Below, in pieces: positions 47,191-59,500 of a stretch of DNA of 64,000 nucleotides. Both the position numbers and the translations under genes were made by a program. The number at the start of each line of letters is the position of its first letter. Positions within the stretch are counted from its first letter, which is position 1. This DNA is from Paragordius varius (lineage: Eukaryota; Animalia; Nematomorpha), in the NCBI GenBank assembly GCA_964247055.1, contig OZ176054.1, forward strand, positions 8,246,001 through 8,310,000, written 5' to 3'. The notes beneath the pieces are model-generated. The model had not been told where the DNA came from. It saw only the letters and a program-made list of their open reading frames with translations, and did not search any database.

Positions 47191-47927
47191 ATTGAAAAAG
47201 TTTGACCACGGAGCGTATGTCAAATTTATAGGCGGTTTTAATGGTACAACTAAAAATATTATTTTCATATTTTTTGAGGGAAATATGTCCGTAATATCCT
47301 CATTTACAACAATAAATGCGTTTGTAAAACATCAATATATGGTTTTGAGCCATGTTTTTTCCCTTGAAACCCAAGAAGAATTTTCTGTAAAATTCACAAA
47401 CTAAAATCTTCCGTTTTTGTTTCGATATAAAATCGGAGATAAAAATCATCATAATTTATTTTAGAAGAAAAATTTTAAATGTTTTTATAGCCACCTATTT
47501 AGACTAACGAATTGAAACCAGAGTAGTTGTTGAACCAGGTAGCTTTCGACCTAACGAAACCGGTTCTTGTTATGATTTTAGGAATATTGTTTTAAGTTAT
47601 TCGATAAATATATATACAATAATAAGTTTAATTAAATTAAAGCATTATTTTTTAGATTACCCATTCATTATTTTCACTATTTGTCTAATTTGAAATTTGT
47701 CAAAAAAATTTAAATCTAACGGTTGTCAAATGTTTATATAAAATTGTGTGATTTTTTACCTCATTATTTTTGATTGGTAATGGGTGTGATTATGCATATA
47801 TATAATCACGCATGTTAATTATATATTGTTAATTATGTCAAATTAGAATCAAATATAATTACTCAACAATCATTATTGTTAAAAAAATTATTCTATTACT
47901 CCTCGCAACATTAAAAGATTTTTTATC

Positions 47928-48992
47928 ATGAAACGTAAATCGTCGTTTATTTTAAGCAAATCCAAAAAACAAAAATTATCTAATATTCATTCACAAGCAA
48001 CTCAATTAGAGACTCATCAAACATCTTTTAAGAAAAATGATCCCACATATAAAATGGGATTACAAAATAAGGTTGTTGAATATGGTTCAAATAAATGTAT
48101 TAATGGAAAACCAAAGAATTCAGAAACAACTGATATCAAAGTAGTTTCCAAAGGTATCAAGAGAAAAGCTGAAACCCTAAAATGGAACAATATAAAAACT
48201 GCTCAAAAATTTAAAGCTCGACAATCTCACCGAGGTGTCAAAGATAGTAAATCCAAAGGTCCTTTGTGTGGAAATAGTGAAAATCGAAAGAAAACTCCCA
48301 CAAAACAAGTAAGAAAAGCAAACACTAACCGCAAAAAGATAAAAATAATGAATAGTGATATAAATTTGGATAATCGAACCTCAAACTCAAACATGAGAGG
48401 ATCCCGTCAAAACCAATGTTTAGAATTAGAGACAGTAATTAATGTACCAAATATCAAAAATGAAAAAGAAATTAAAGCATCAGCACTGCAAAACGTAGAA
48501 GAGCCTACAATATCAAAGCAGCAAATTATTTCAAAGGAAGATGAAACCCCAATAAGCTATAAATGCCTCCGTGGCAAAAATAAAGTGAGAAAATCGATTG
48601 GAGATAGAGTGTCCGCATATAATACCCATCGAGTGATTAGCGGGAAATCCTATACTTATCGTTCAAGCGTGTGGAGAACTCAGTCTGCGGAGCGGAAATC
48701 TCCCATTCCAACAACCAAGAAATTAAATATTATGTGTTCAAAGTAAGGGCTAACTTTTTTATTAAGTATCATTTAACAGTTATAACTAAACACATTCACT
48801 TGTAGATGTAAATGTTCCTACCTCGGAAATCCAAATTCGAAAGACGATCTGCCGTACATTAGAAGGAGGCGCGGAAGAATTTTTACCGAGCCAGTACCTA
48901 TCTGCCCGTTGCCCGGTCAGGAAAACAGACATTATCTGTCAGACTTAATGGGTCCCAATTGTTTGGCGCCCATCTTTTCTTCCCACTTTTAA
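47928..48992 (+). CDS. Lys/Arg-rich orphan protein, paralog 1 (~333 aa)
   Basis: Exon 1 47928-48742, 63-nt GT-AG intron, exon 2 48806-48992 (…MCSKCKCSYLG…RRRRGRIF…CPLPG…). No family recognised. Confidence 0.75.
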
Positions 48993-50212
48993 CGTAATTT
49001 TTATATTTTTAAATGTTTTCCCAAATTTAATTTTCTAATGTATAAGCAGAAATAATTTTTTATAAAAAAATGTTTTATTCATAACAAACAAGTTCTAAAT
49101 CATTATTATAAACAGAAATCAATCATTCAAACATCAATGTATCAAAACATTACTAACAATAATAAAAGAATATTACATGAACTACTGTTTTTACAAAAAT
49201 GTATAAAAGTACTACAGAATGTGAAGTTATTAATCATTATCCCATTTATTCAGTTGCTTTTATGATTACCAATATTACTGTCAAAAGATTTTTTGGTCAA
49301 TGAACAGTCACCCATCTATAAATTATAAATCTTCGCAAACAAGCCAAAAAATTTAATATTTTTTAGATACTATAACCTTGTTTTTGATTTCACTCCAAAC
49401 AGCCCAAAATTGTTGTAATAATAGATTTTCATTACAATCGGATTCTCATTTACTAATTAAACTGAAAAATTGATATTTCAAATAATTGTAACCCTAATAC
49501 ACAAGTCAATATTTAGAAATTTAAAACTTATGAACAATACCAAGTATTAAAATGTTGTTCTAAAATAAAACTACCTCCTGTAAGCAATCTAGTCACCCTT
49601 ATGCAAAATTTAAAATTTGACCAAACATCATACAGGAAATCGCATTGTTTTTTTAGTTTAATCACTATCATTCTACCCACCTGTCATCTTATATCTACCT
49701 TTGAGTTAAGCATTTTTACGTAAGAAGGTAAACAAAATGGCTATATGATATTAACAATAAACTAAACTCTATACTCATGCAAGAAACGTCAAAACATTTG
49801 TGAAGATTACAATACTCATTGAATATTGTGGCAAATTTGGCAGTATATCTTGAGTTCAAATATTAAATGAATATAGTTTGTGAATTCCAAAACTTAATAT
49901 CAAATAAATTATAAAATACAATATTTTTAATTGGATTTATACTATTGTCTTTCCATTATTTGTACGAATGTTGGAGTGATAATTGAGTCTGATACATAAT
50001 AATCATAGGCACCCGCTAATTATTTTTTTGAAATTAGCCCGGGGAAAAAGGGTAGCCACCTCTGTTTTATTGTATCAAAAATTGAAATAAATATATAAAA
50101 GATAATTATTTTCGGCACGTTTAGAACTGCAATTCTGTATTTAAAACGTTGCATATTTTAATTAACAGTGTTTTGCATCCAAAATAGAAAACTTATCGGT
50201 TCCAATATCTAA

Positions 50213-51000
50213 TCTATATATTTATAAAAATGGAAAGTGGTAGCTTTGTGATCTGTTTCTGGAAAAACGGCACACCCATTCAAATCCAAATATCAAAAAA
50301 ATATAATCATTTATGAATGCCTGGACAATAGCTTCGTCCTTTTTTTGAAGTAAGCCCCCAGTTCGGGCCCACCCCGAGCAAAAACGCGTTTTTTTGAAAA
50401 GAGAAGTCCACAAAAATCGTGTCTTTGAGATAATTTTCCGGAAAACGTGTTGGACCATTTAATTTCAAATATGATTTTTAATACTTATTTTCAATCGCGC
50501 CGAACATAATCGGCTCGCTTTTTTTTATTTAGGCTCATTTTACCCGCCTCTCCCCCCCGTAAAATGCCATTTTTTTCAAAAAAATTAAGTCCACAAAAAT
50601 AATTTTTTAAATCTATTTTTCCCCCAGGGTATGAGACCGCAAAAATATAATGAGGCTTCCAGATATACCTTGTTAAAAAGCAAAAGTTTAGTGGTGCATT
50701 TTTTTATATTGGCTGCTGGGTAAGGAGATACCCGCTAAAAACTGCGCCACCATATCGAAATTGCGTTGTCTAGGAGTTATTTTCAGAAAACCTATCAGGC
50801 CATATAAATTTAATAAGAGCCCGAAATATTACCCGTAAAAGGCAAATATTTAGGTCGAGCGGTTTTTTTCAACCCTTAATTAGGCCCTTACGCCCTAAAA
50901 ATATTGAACTATTATTTAGTTTTGAAGCCATTCTTCCAAAAACAATTGAGAACATATGGAATGAATAATGATTCCTGGTATTCCCCTATAAAGGCAAAGC
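50213..51000 (+). mobile_element. 3'-truncated copy of the Helitron at 44077
   Basis: Starts A|TCTATATATTTATAAAAATGGAAAGTGG, is colinear with 44077 onward, and has no CTAG end. Confidence 0.7.
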
Positions 51001-51408
51001 AAATTTATCGAAAGAGGCCAATATATGTGTTATAAAAATAATATATTACACATTAAATGTTTTATTTAGATTTCAGATATTTGTTATATAAACTAAAACT
51101 GTTTTTGGAACCGGTTGCATATTAGAAATTTAGAACAAGCGTTTTAAAAAGGAATTCCGATTTTCCAGTTCTAAAATCCTAAAAAAAATCATACAGATTT
51201 GATCTTTACCAAAAGTATTCGTATTCAAATAATTTTTTAACGGTATAAAAACAGATGAGAATTGTGTGATAAAAATTACATGTTGAAGTTTTACAGGGCC
51301 TTGCCTAATATATTTTTTGCATTCTATTATCTATTATATAAGCCTAACAATCATATATTGATTGTTTAGCAAAAAAATTCTATTACACATTCTAAACAAT
51401 TTTTATTC

Positions 51409-52451
51409 ATGAAGCGTAAATCATCTATTATTTTAATTAAAACAAAAAATATCTCACATCCAAACGAAAGCATCCTAATTAATGGTTCAACCGGCAAAAC
51501 TGAGTAAAAAGCTAGCATCCCTTAATAAAAAGAAATACAAAAACATAAAAGATAAAGTTGTTGAGAAAAAGAGTTTGAAGGACCAAACTTTTGCAAAAAA
51601 GCCAAAGAAATCGATAAAAACTGAAATCGGAAAAAGAAAAGCGGAAACTCCAAAATGGACCATTAAAAAAGCTATTACTTGTCAATCTAAAAGAGACGAA
51701 GGCCGATTTAAATTTCTTTTGTGTGAAAATAATAAAAATCGAAAGAAAACTCCCACAGAACCAGTAAAGAAAGCAAGCACTAACCGCAAAAAGAGAAAAA
51801 CAATTAATGATGATATAAATTTGCCTAATCAGACCTCAAATTCAAACATGAGAGCCCCACGTCAAAACCAGTGTTTAAAAATAGAGTCAGTAAACATAAT
51901 TAATGTATCAAATATCAAAAATAAAAAAGAAATTAAAGAATCAGCAACGCAAAACGTAGAAGAGCCTTCAATATCAAAGCAGCAAATTATTTCAAAAAAA
52001 GATTACGCTCCAATAAGCGATAAATACCTCCGTGGCAAAAATGAAGTGAGAAAATCGATTGGAGATAGAGTGTCCGCATATAATACCCATCGAGTGATTA
52101 GCGGGAAATCCTATACTTATCGTTCAAGCGTGTGGAGAACTCAGTCTGCGGAGCGGAAATCTCCCATTCCAACAACCAAAAAATTAAATATTATGTGTTT
52201 AAAGTAAGGGATAACTTTTTTAATTAAGTATCATTTAACAGTTATAACTAAACACATTCACTTGTAGATGTAAATGTTCCTACCTCGGAACAAATTCGAA
52301 AGACGATCTCCCGTACATTAGAAGGAGGCGCGGAAGAATTTTTACCGAGCCAGTACCTATCTGTCCGTTGCCCGGTCAGGAAAACAGACGTTATCTGCCA
52401 GACTTAATGGGTCCCAATTGTTTGGCGCCCATTTTTTCTTCCCACTTTTAA
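51409..52451 (+). CDS. Lys/Arg-rich orphan protein, paralog 2 (5' frameshift; ~301 aa from ATG 51482)
   Basis: The homologous start MKRKSS at 51409 is out of frame by 1 with the long ORF 51482-52203. 64-nt intron, exon 2 52268-52451 open. Confidence 0.65.
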
Positions 52452-54032
52452 CGTATGTTTTATTAAACCTAAATTGAGGCACTATTATAATATCCATATT
52501 CAATAATAAACTGTCTTACTTTCACAAATCTTTAATATTTTCAAAACTGTGCATAACTATTTAAATTTAATATTTGCAGCTCAGATGTATTCAAACTTTT
52601 TATAAATACTTTTAAAAAGAAACCAACATACATCAACCCACCCAACTCTATATCCAAGACTTTTTCATGAATATATTTGTTGCCGCTTATAACGACGTGT
52701 GATTGTTTCACAAAATTAACAACAAACTTTTACAAACTGTTAAAAACTCTCAAACAATTTAAAAAGTAAATCTAAAATTTGTTTCAAAAGGAAAAAAACA
52801 CCCTTGGTTAAATTAATTTTCAGCTAAAACAACTGTTGTTATTTCTAAATGGCTTGAATTCTAGTAAACAGACAATATTTGGATATAATTAAAACTACGA
52901 AATCAATAAAAAATATCGTATGGTAATCAGAAACAATGGATTTATTTAAAACGGAATCTTTGTAATACCATCAATCATACATTTGAATTCGCTCCAGGAA
53001 CATCACATATAAAACAAAATGAAAATGTTTCAAAAAATGTTATATCGTTCCCATATTTACAGTTTTGGATTTTTTAAAGTGACGGAGCAATTATGATATG
53101 GAAAAATGATTATGTATTAACCGCAAATTAACAAATGGCAATATTCAAGAAAAGTCATTCGTATTTTGGATACAATATGTAATATGAATACGTAACCGGT
53201 GTACTATGAAAATAGTTGCGCATTTATAAAATATCAAATAAATCATAATATAATACTATTATTATAAATCAAACCATTAACAGCGAAACAAATATTTATC
53301 ATTTGAAACTGTTTTCGCTAACACTACACAAATATAAAGAATGAACCAAAAACGAAATGGGATATACGATTTGCGACAGTTTTATATTGTGGGCTGAACA
53401 TTATTTTGACAACACTGAATTAATTTAGATAATTACAACGACCGCATAACCTATTTAAATAATTAGCACTTATAAATTAATGAGATCCTTCATACCGGCG
53501 TAGAGAAAAACAACACCCAAAGCTCCACATTAATTTATTATATTTGCTAAACATTAACAAAAAGTTTTCAATGCAAATTACTGATCGGCTTAAAGGATCA
53601 GAATTTTCTGGAAGCCTTGCATCGTATATTTTAGAATTATGTAATTCGGTTTCCTATAAGGCTGAGTGATTTGGGTCTAACCTCATGTAAAATTAGCGCA
53701 GCTATTTATACCATATATCGCCCCAAATTTATAGACAATTACAAGAATTAAAGGGTTAAAAATAAAATTCCGATTATATAAATATGTTGTGATATAATTA
53801 CGTATTCTATTCATGGTGATTTTATTTTGGCTTCATGTTATTCAACACCTTTTCATTTAAATTGTGAAAGAAAATCCGTAATAAGCAATTATGCATTTAA
53901 TTTTTTTGGCTGAAACCAAGTTTTATTCCATTTTACATTATATTTAGCAAGTAAGCTATTACCTATGTTAAAATAATTTTTAAATGTGAACTTCAAATGT
54001 GTAACTTTGGAAAATGGGCTTGTTTTCCTTAA

Positions 54033-54563
54033 CACTTGGATCAACACATTCATTTTAGTCCTTCGATTCAAATTGGGGTAGTTTAATACCCCAGGCATGT
54101 TTAAAATTAAATTCAAAGATATGTAATCGAAACCTATGGCAAAATTTTGACTTTTAAACATTAATAAACAGAAATATATAAAAAATTTTATTCAAAAATA
54201 CTGATATTACTTATTTTAAGCTAAATTGAAAGGTAAAAATTTAGTCAACGTGACATGTGTGCAATGGTAAATTGAAAAATAATACAAAATTAACCGCTTT
54301 TCTATTTCTATCAATGTTAGATGTAATTTAAATAAAAAATTGGCCCTAATTTTACCCTTATAATTAAATGAAGACGATATTTTGCAAAAATTTTGCAAAA
54401 TAAAAATGGCGTCGAAGTAGTTTGACATGGAAATTTTTCACAAAATTTTATTTAATTTTGGCATATTTATATAATTTTATCAGGAGAGAAGCATGAATTT
54501 AAATTGGGACCGTTTCCTTCGTTTAGTTTGGGATATTTAGATACCCCAATTTGAATCCAAGTG
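54033..54563 (-). mobile_element. piggyBac-like MITE, copy 2
   Basis: TTAA at 54029-54032 and 54564-54567. Reverse orientation relative to 758-1326. Confidence 0.87.
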
Positions 54564-54985
54564 TTAATGATATTTTTTTGAATAAAGCACATATTTATCC
54601 ATTTTTTTATTTAGCATTATATGCACTAATCTAAATTTTTGGATATGGGGCAGAGGAAGTTTGATTATATATTTAGTATATGATTTTTTTATCATGATAG
54701 AAGCATAAACCATTTCTTTCAATAGTTTTTAAAAAGATTAATCTGTTGTCTGCGGTATTTTTATAATCCAGTTTGAAACGAAGTGTTAAAAATACTCACG
54801 TTTCGAACTTTTTGCTGCCAAAATTTTTCGGATTTTTTTTGACTAAATCGCTATCAAAACTCGCATATAAAAATATTATGATTAAGATTTGAAATTATTC
54901 AACTTTTAATGCATTTAATTATGTTTGGACAACAAATCTTCGGTAATTGAATTTTAAACAGCTGTTTATTTCGATTGAATATTAA

Positions 54986-55567
54986 CACTTCGATTCAAAT
55001 TGGGGTATCTAAATACCCCAGACTAAATTTAAATTAAAATTTTTAAAAAACTACTGAAAGAAACGGTCCCAATTTAAATTTATGCTTCTATCCTGAAAAA
55101 TATTATATAAATATGCCAAAACATCTTGATAAAATTTTGTTTTGAAAAAAAAAGTTCCATCTCAAACTACTTCGACGCCATTTTGTTTTTACAAAAATTT
55201 TGCAAAATATCGTCTTCATTTAATTTCAAGGGTAAAACTAAAGCTTATTTTTTATATAAATTAAATCTAACATTGATAGAAATAGAAAAAGCTATTTGTT
55301 TTGTATTAATTTTCAATTTTACCATTGCACGCATGTCACGATGACGAAATTTTACCTTTCAGTTTTAGCTTAAAATAAGTAATATCATGTATTTATGAAT
55401 AAAATTTTTTATATATTTCCGTTTATTAATGTTATATAAGTGCAAAATTCTGCCATGGTTTCGATTGCTTCCATATTTTTTAAAGTATTTGATTTTAAAC
55501 AGGCCTGGGGTATCCAACTACCCCAATTTGAATCGAAGGACTAAAATGAGTGTGTTGTATCCAAGTG
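54986..55567 (+). mobile_element. piggyBac-like MITE, copy 3
   Basis: TTAA at 54982-54985 and 55568-55571, both termini intact. Confidence 0.88.
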
Positions 55568-56548
55568 TTAAAGTTATCCAAATTTTAATCCAGTGGTACT
55601 CAAAACGTGGCTTCAGGCCGCATGCGACCCTAAAAGTTACCCATGCATATATTTATTTATTGATATGTATTTAACACTTCCTTACCTTCTACTTTTCTAT
55701 CTTAGTTACCTTTTGGGGTAGTTTTATATAAATTTTGTTAATAAATGACAGTTTTGAAAGTTATATAGTTAAAATTTGAATATTTAATTGTATTTATGTA
55801 TTAGATAAAACACTTATAGTTTTACAGTTTCGTGACTTCTAGAGTATAAAATTGGAAATTGGGACAGCCCAAAACACGATCGAAAAGAACAGTTGATATC
55901 AAAACAAATTATATCAAGTTTTTGAGGGTAAAATGTAGCCTTAAGACTTTTAAAGTCTATTATTTACATTTTTAACTATAATATACATTATTTGGCCGCT
56001 GCATTAGCGGTTTAAAAAAATTTATAGAAAAAATGGCAGTCAAAAAAGTTTGTGAGGATATTTTACAATTTAAAATTGTTTTAAAAGTTTTTTTAATGGG
56101 CCTGAAAAGTTAAAAAGCATATATTGAAATTCGGCTTCATACCTTAAATACTTTTCACTAAAAAACTACCATAAACGGGAATGGAGTGTTTAACCAAAAT
56201 ATGCAGTTATTTGTATGTTGTATTATATTTGCTATTTAAAAAAATAAAGTTTTACATTTAAAAAATTTTTATTTCATGGGCCTAAAGGGCTAAAAAACGC
56301 ATATATTTAAATATAGCCCAATGTTAAAATTTTTTTTGGATATTTAAATTTTAAATGGTCCTAGGTTATAAAAGTATCCCAGAAGGTCGTTAAGGGTAAA
56401 TTGCTTCAAATGAACATTTTATATTATCATGACACTAGCCTCTAGTATTCATACCTAACAGTAATAGATTTGTCATATACGTTTATCAACCTTATTGCAT
56501 TTGCCACCGATTGTAAATAAGCTGATTTATATAAAGTCACCTTACACG

Positions 56549-59500
56549 ATGACTAATCAAAACGAGGCCCTAAACTTTTTTTTAATATTCGGAGCTTCCG
56601 TATATAATATTTTTATATATTAGGGTGACTTAGCTAAGAAGAAAATATATCCAACATTATGGTATACCGATTTTAAATATTAAAGGGAGTTATTTTCCAA
56701 GAAATTGTTGCCAATAAATATTTATATTGTTGGTTATGCGCGAAGTCAATTAACAGTCGAACAAATAATGGAACATTGTGAAAAATTTATGAAAGTATTT
56801 TATGTTTTATTGAAGGATAAACCAAAAGAAAATTGTGAAGATTTTAGAAACTTTGTAAAGCGCAATTACTATGTTCGGGGAAATTATGATAGCGATGAGC
56901 ATTTTGAAAAGCTGAATCAAGAATTAGATAGTTTTACAAAACAAATTATTGAGAAAAAAATGTATGAATCTCATGATGGACGAGTCAATCTTTATGATCA
57001 AGAAGCCGAAGAAACTATAAAAAAGGCTGAAGCCAATCACGAAGAAAATCCACATAAATATTGTGTTAATATTGAAACACTTGATACTTTAACATCAGAC
57101 TCGCATAATGGTACATAACGATTACTCATATTTTTGATTAACATTGGTTATTATAACGGGTATTCAATTATTATAATCCATGATTTATGTTTTAATAACA
57201 TTAATAACAAAATTTATATTTCGTCCAAATTTATTTTGGTGTTTGTTTTTATTAACAAAGGTATATAGTCAATTATTTCTTTTTCTATTATTATATGTAT
57301 GCGGAATCTCAAAATTATTACTCAATCAAAAATTATTTTAGACAAATTAAAAGCCTCATGCGGTGATCCAGATCATAATTGTGGTTCTCAAAAATCAGGA
57401 CCCATGGGTGATTCTTCTAATACAGAGGACAAAACAAGTCAAAATATGTCACAAGGATATAATGGTATTCAAGTCAATCATTTATTCTATCTTGCCCTAC
57501 CCCCTAACGTTTATGCAACGGTTACATCTATGATCAGAAAACATTGTATGAGTAAATGGTAATAATTATAATTTTCTTCCAAAATACTTTATTATTACAA
57601 GTATAAATACGGTTAAAAAATATTTTTAATTACATGGATTATTAGAAAATTATATTGCCCCATACATTACATGCTATATAAATGACATTTTTTATATTTT
57701 CTGAGTTTTTTATCTATTTGACGTTAAGATTCTTTAGATATCAAATAATTATCATCATTATCCGCATATCTTTGCATAACCCGAGGTTTATTTCCGTTTT
57801 ATTTTTTGTCATGGCGTTTAACACTTGCACACCACACATTCATTTCAGTTCTTCGATTAAAATTGGGGCAGTTGGATACCCCAGGAATATTAAAAATTAA
57901 TTATTTCAATATGGAATGAATTAGAACCATGGCAAAAGTTTGCACTTATATAACATTAATGAACCGAAATATAAAAAATATTTATTCAATTATAACATAT
58001 TAAGAGATAAAACCCAAAGGTGAAAATTTAGCCAACCTGGTATGTGTGCATTAGCTAAATATAAATGCAATATATACCACTTTTTTGTATATAACAATGT
58101 TATATGTGATTTAATTAAGTACACTTAATTTTGGCCTTAGAATCAAATAAACAAGATATATTGCAATAATGTTGTAAAATAAATCGGCGTCTATGTAGTT
58201 TTATACGAAACTTTTTTTAAAACTAAATTTTCAGATAATTTGGCGTTTTTATATAATTTACATTAGGATAGAAGCATAAATTTAAGTTGAAACCGTTTCT
58301 TTCAGTAGTTTTTAATATTATCAACTTAAATATTGTTTGGGGTATTTAAATACCCCAATTTGAACATATACTACATTATAGCGATTTCTTCGTTATAACT
58401 CCAAAATTCATTTTGTTTTTTATGATAAGTTAAATTTGTTAAAAATAGTATGTATTTTATACATCTGGTATAATAGGGCACTATTAAACTAGAAAATATT
58501 TATATTCGACAAACAATAAAAATCTTAATGTCGTTTATAGGGGATGGAATCGACTAATTATAGAGAAACCATTTGGTCGAGATTCGGAAAGTTCAAACAA
58601 GCTCTCTGCTCACATCTCTAACCTTTACAATGAATGCCAGATCTATCGAATAGATCATTATTTGGGCAAGGAAATGACACAAAATATGTTGATTACACGG
58701 TATTGAATTCAATTTTTTTGACAATTTAAGATAATTTTTAAGTTTATTTTGAGGTTAGTTTCAGTTTTCTAAATTAATGTTATAATAATATTTTTTTTCC
58801 AAAATATATATATATACATCTTTCCCGCCATGTCATTTCTATTAATAATTAGCTTCACGAATCGAATATTTTGTTCATTGTGGAATCGGGATAATATTGC
58901 GTCTGTAATGATTAGCTTTAAAGAAGACATTGGTACAGAAGGCAGAGCTGGTTACTTTGACCAATATGGTATAATCAGGTAATCAATAAATTTATTTATC
59001 ATAAGAAAATGCCAAAGTTTTCATATATTTCCTCAATTTATATAGTTGATAAATACCCTTTTAATTGAAATCGATTATTTTATAGTAATTTTTTTAGAGA
59101 ATAAAATAATTTTTAGATAATATCTATTTTTTATCGATGTTTTTTTGAATAAATCCCTATATTTTTATTGTATAATATAATATAATATAGAGATGTTATG
59201 CAAAATCACATTTTACAATTATTATGCGTAACAGCTATGGACAAACCCGTTTCTCTTAGTGCTGATGATATCAGAAATGAAAAGGTAAAACTGTTAATTT
59301 TAATGCTTGGTTTCAGCATTAAGCATTTATTTTTTCATTTAAAGATAAAATAATTTTTTGGTTACAAATAATTGGCTTGTTAATAGACGATGATGAATAT
59401 TTAATTTATTTTATATGATAAAAAAATACTTACCATTTTTAATTTTTTAACAATATCATCATTATTTGTTACCTATCCATTTTTTGCCGTAATTTTGACT

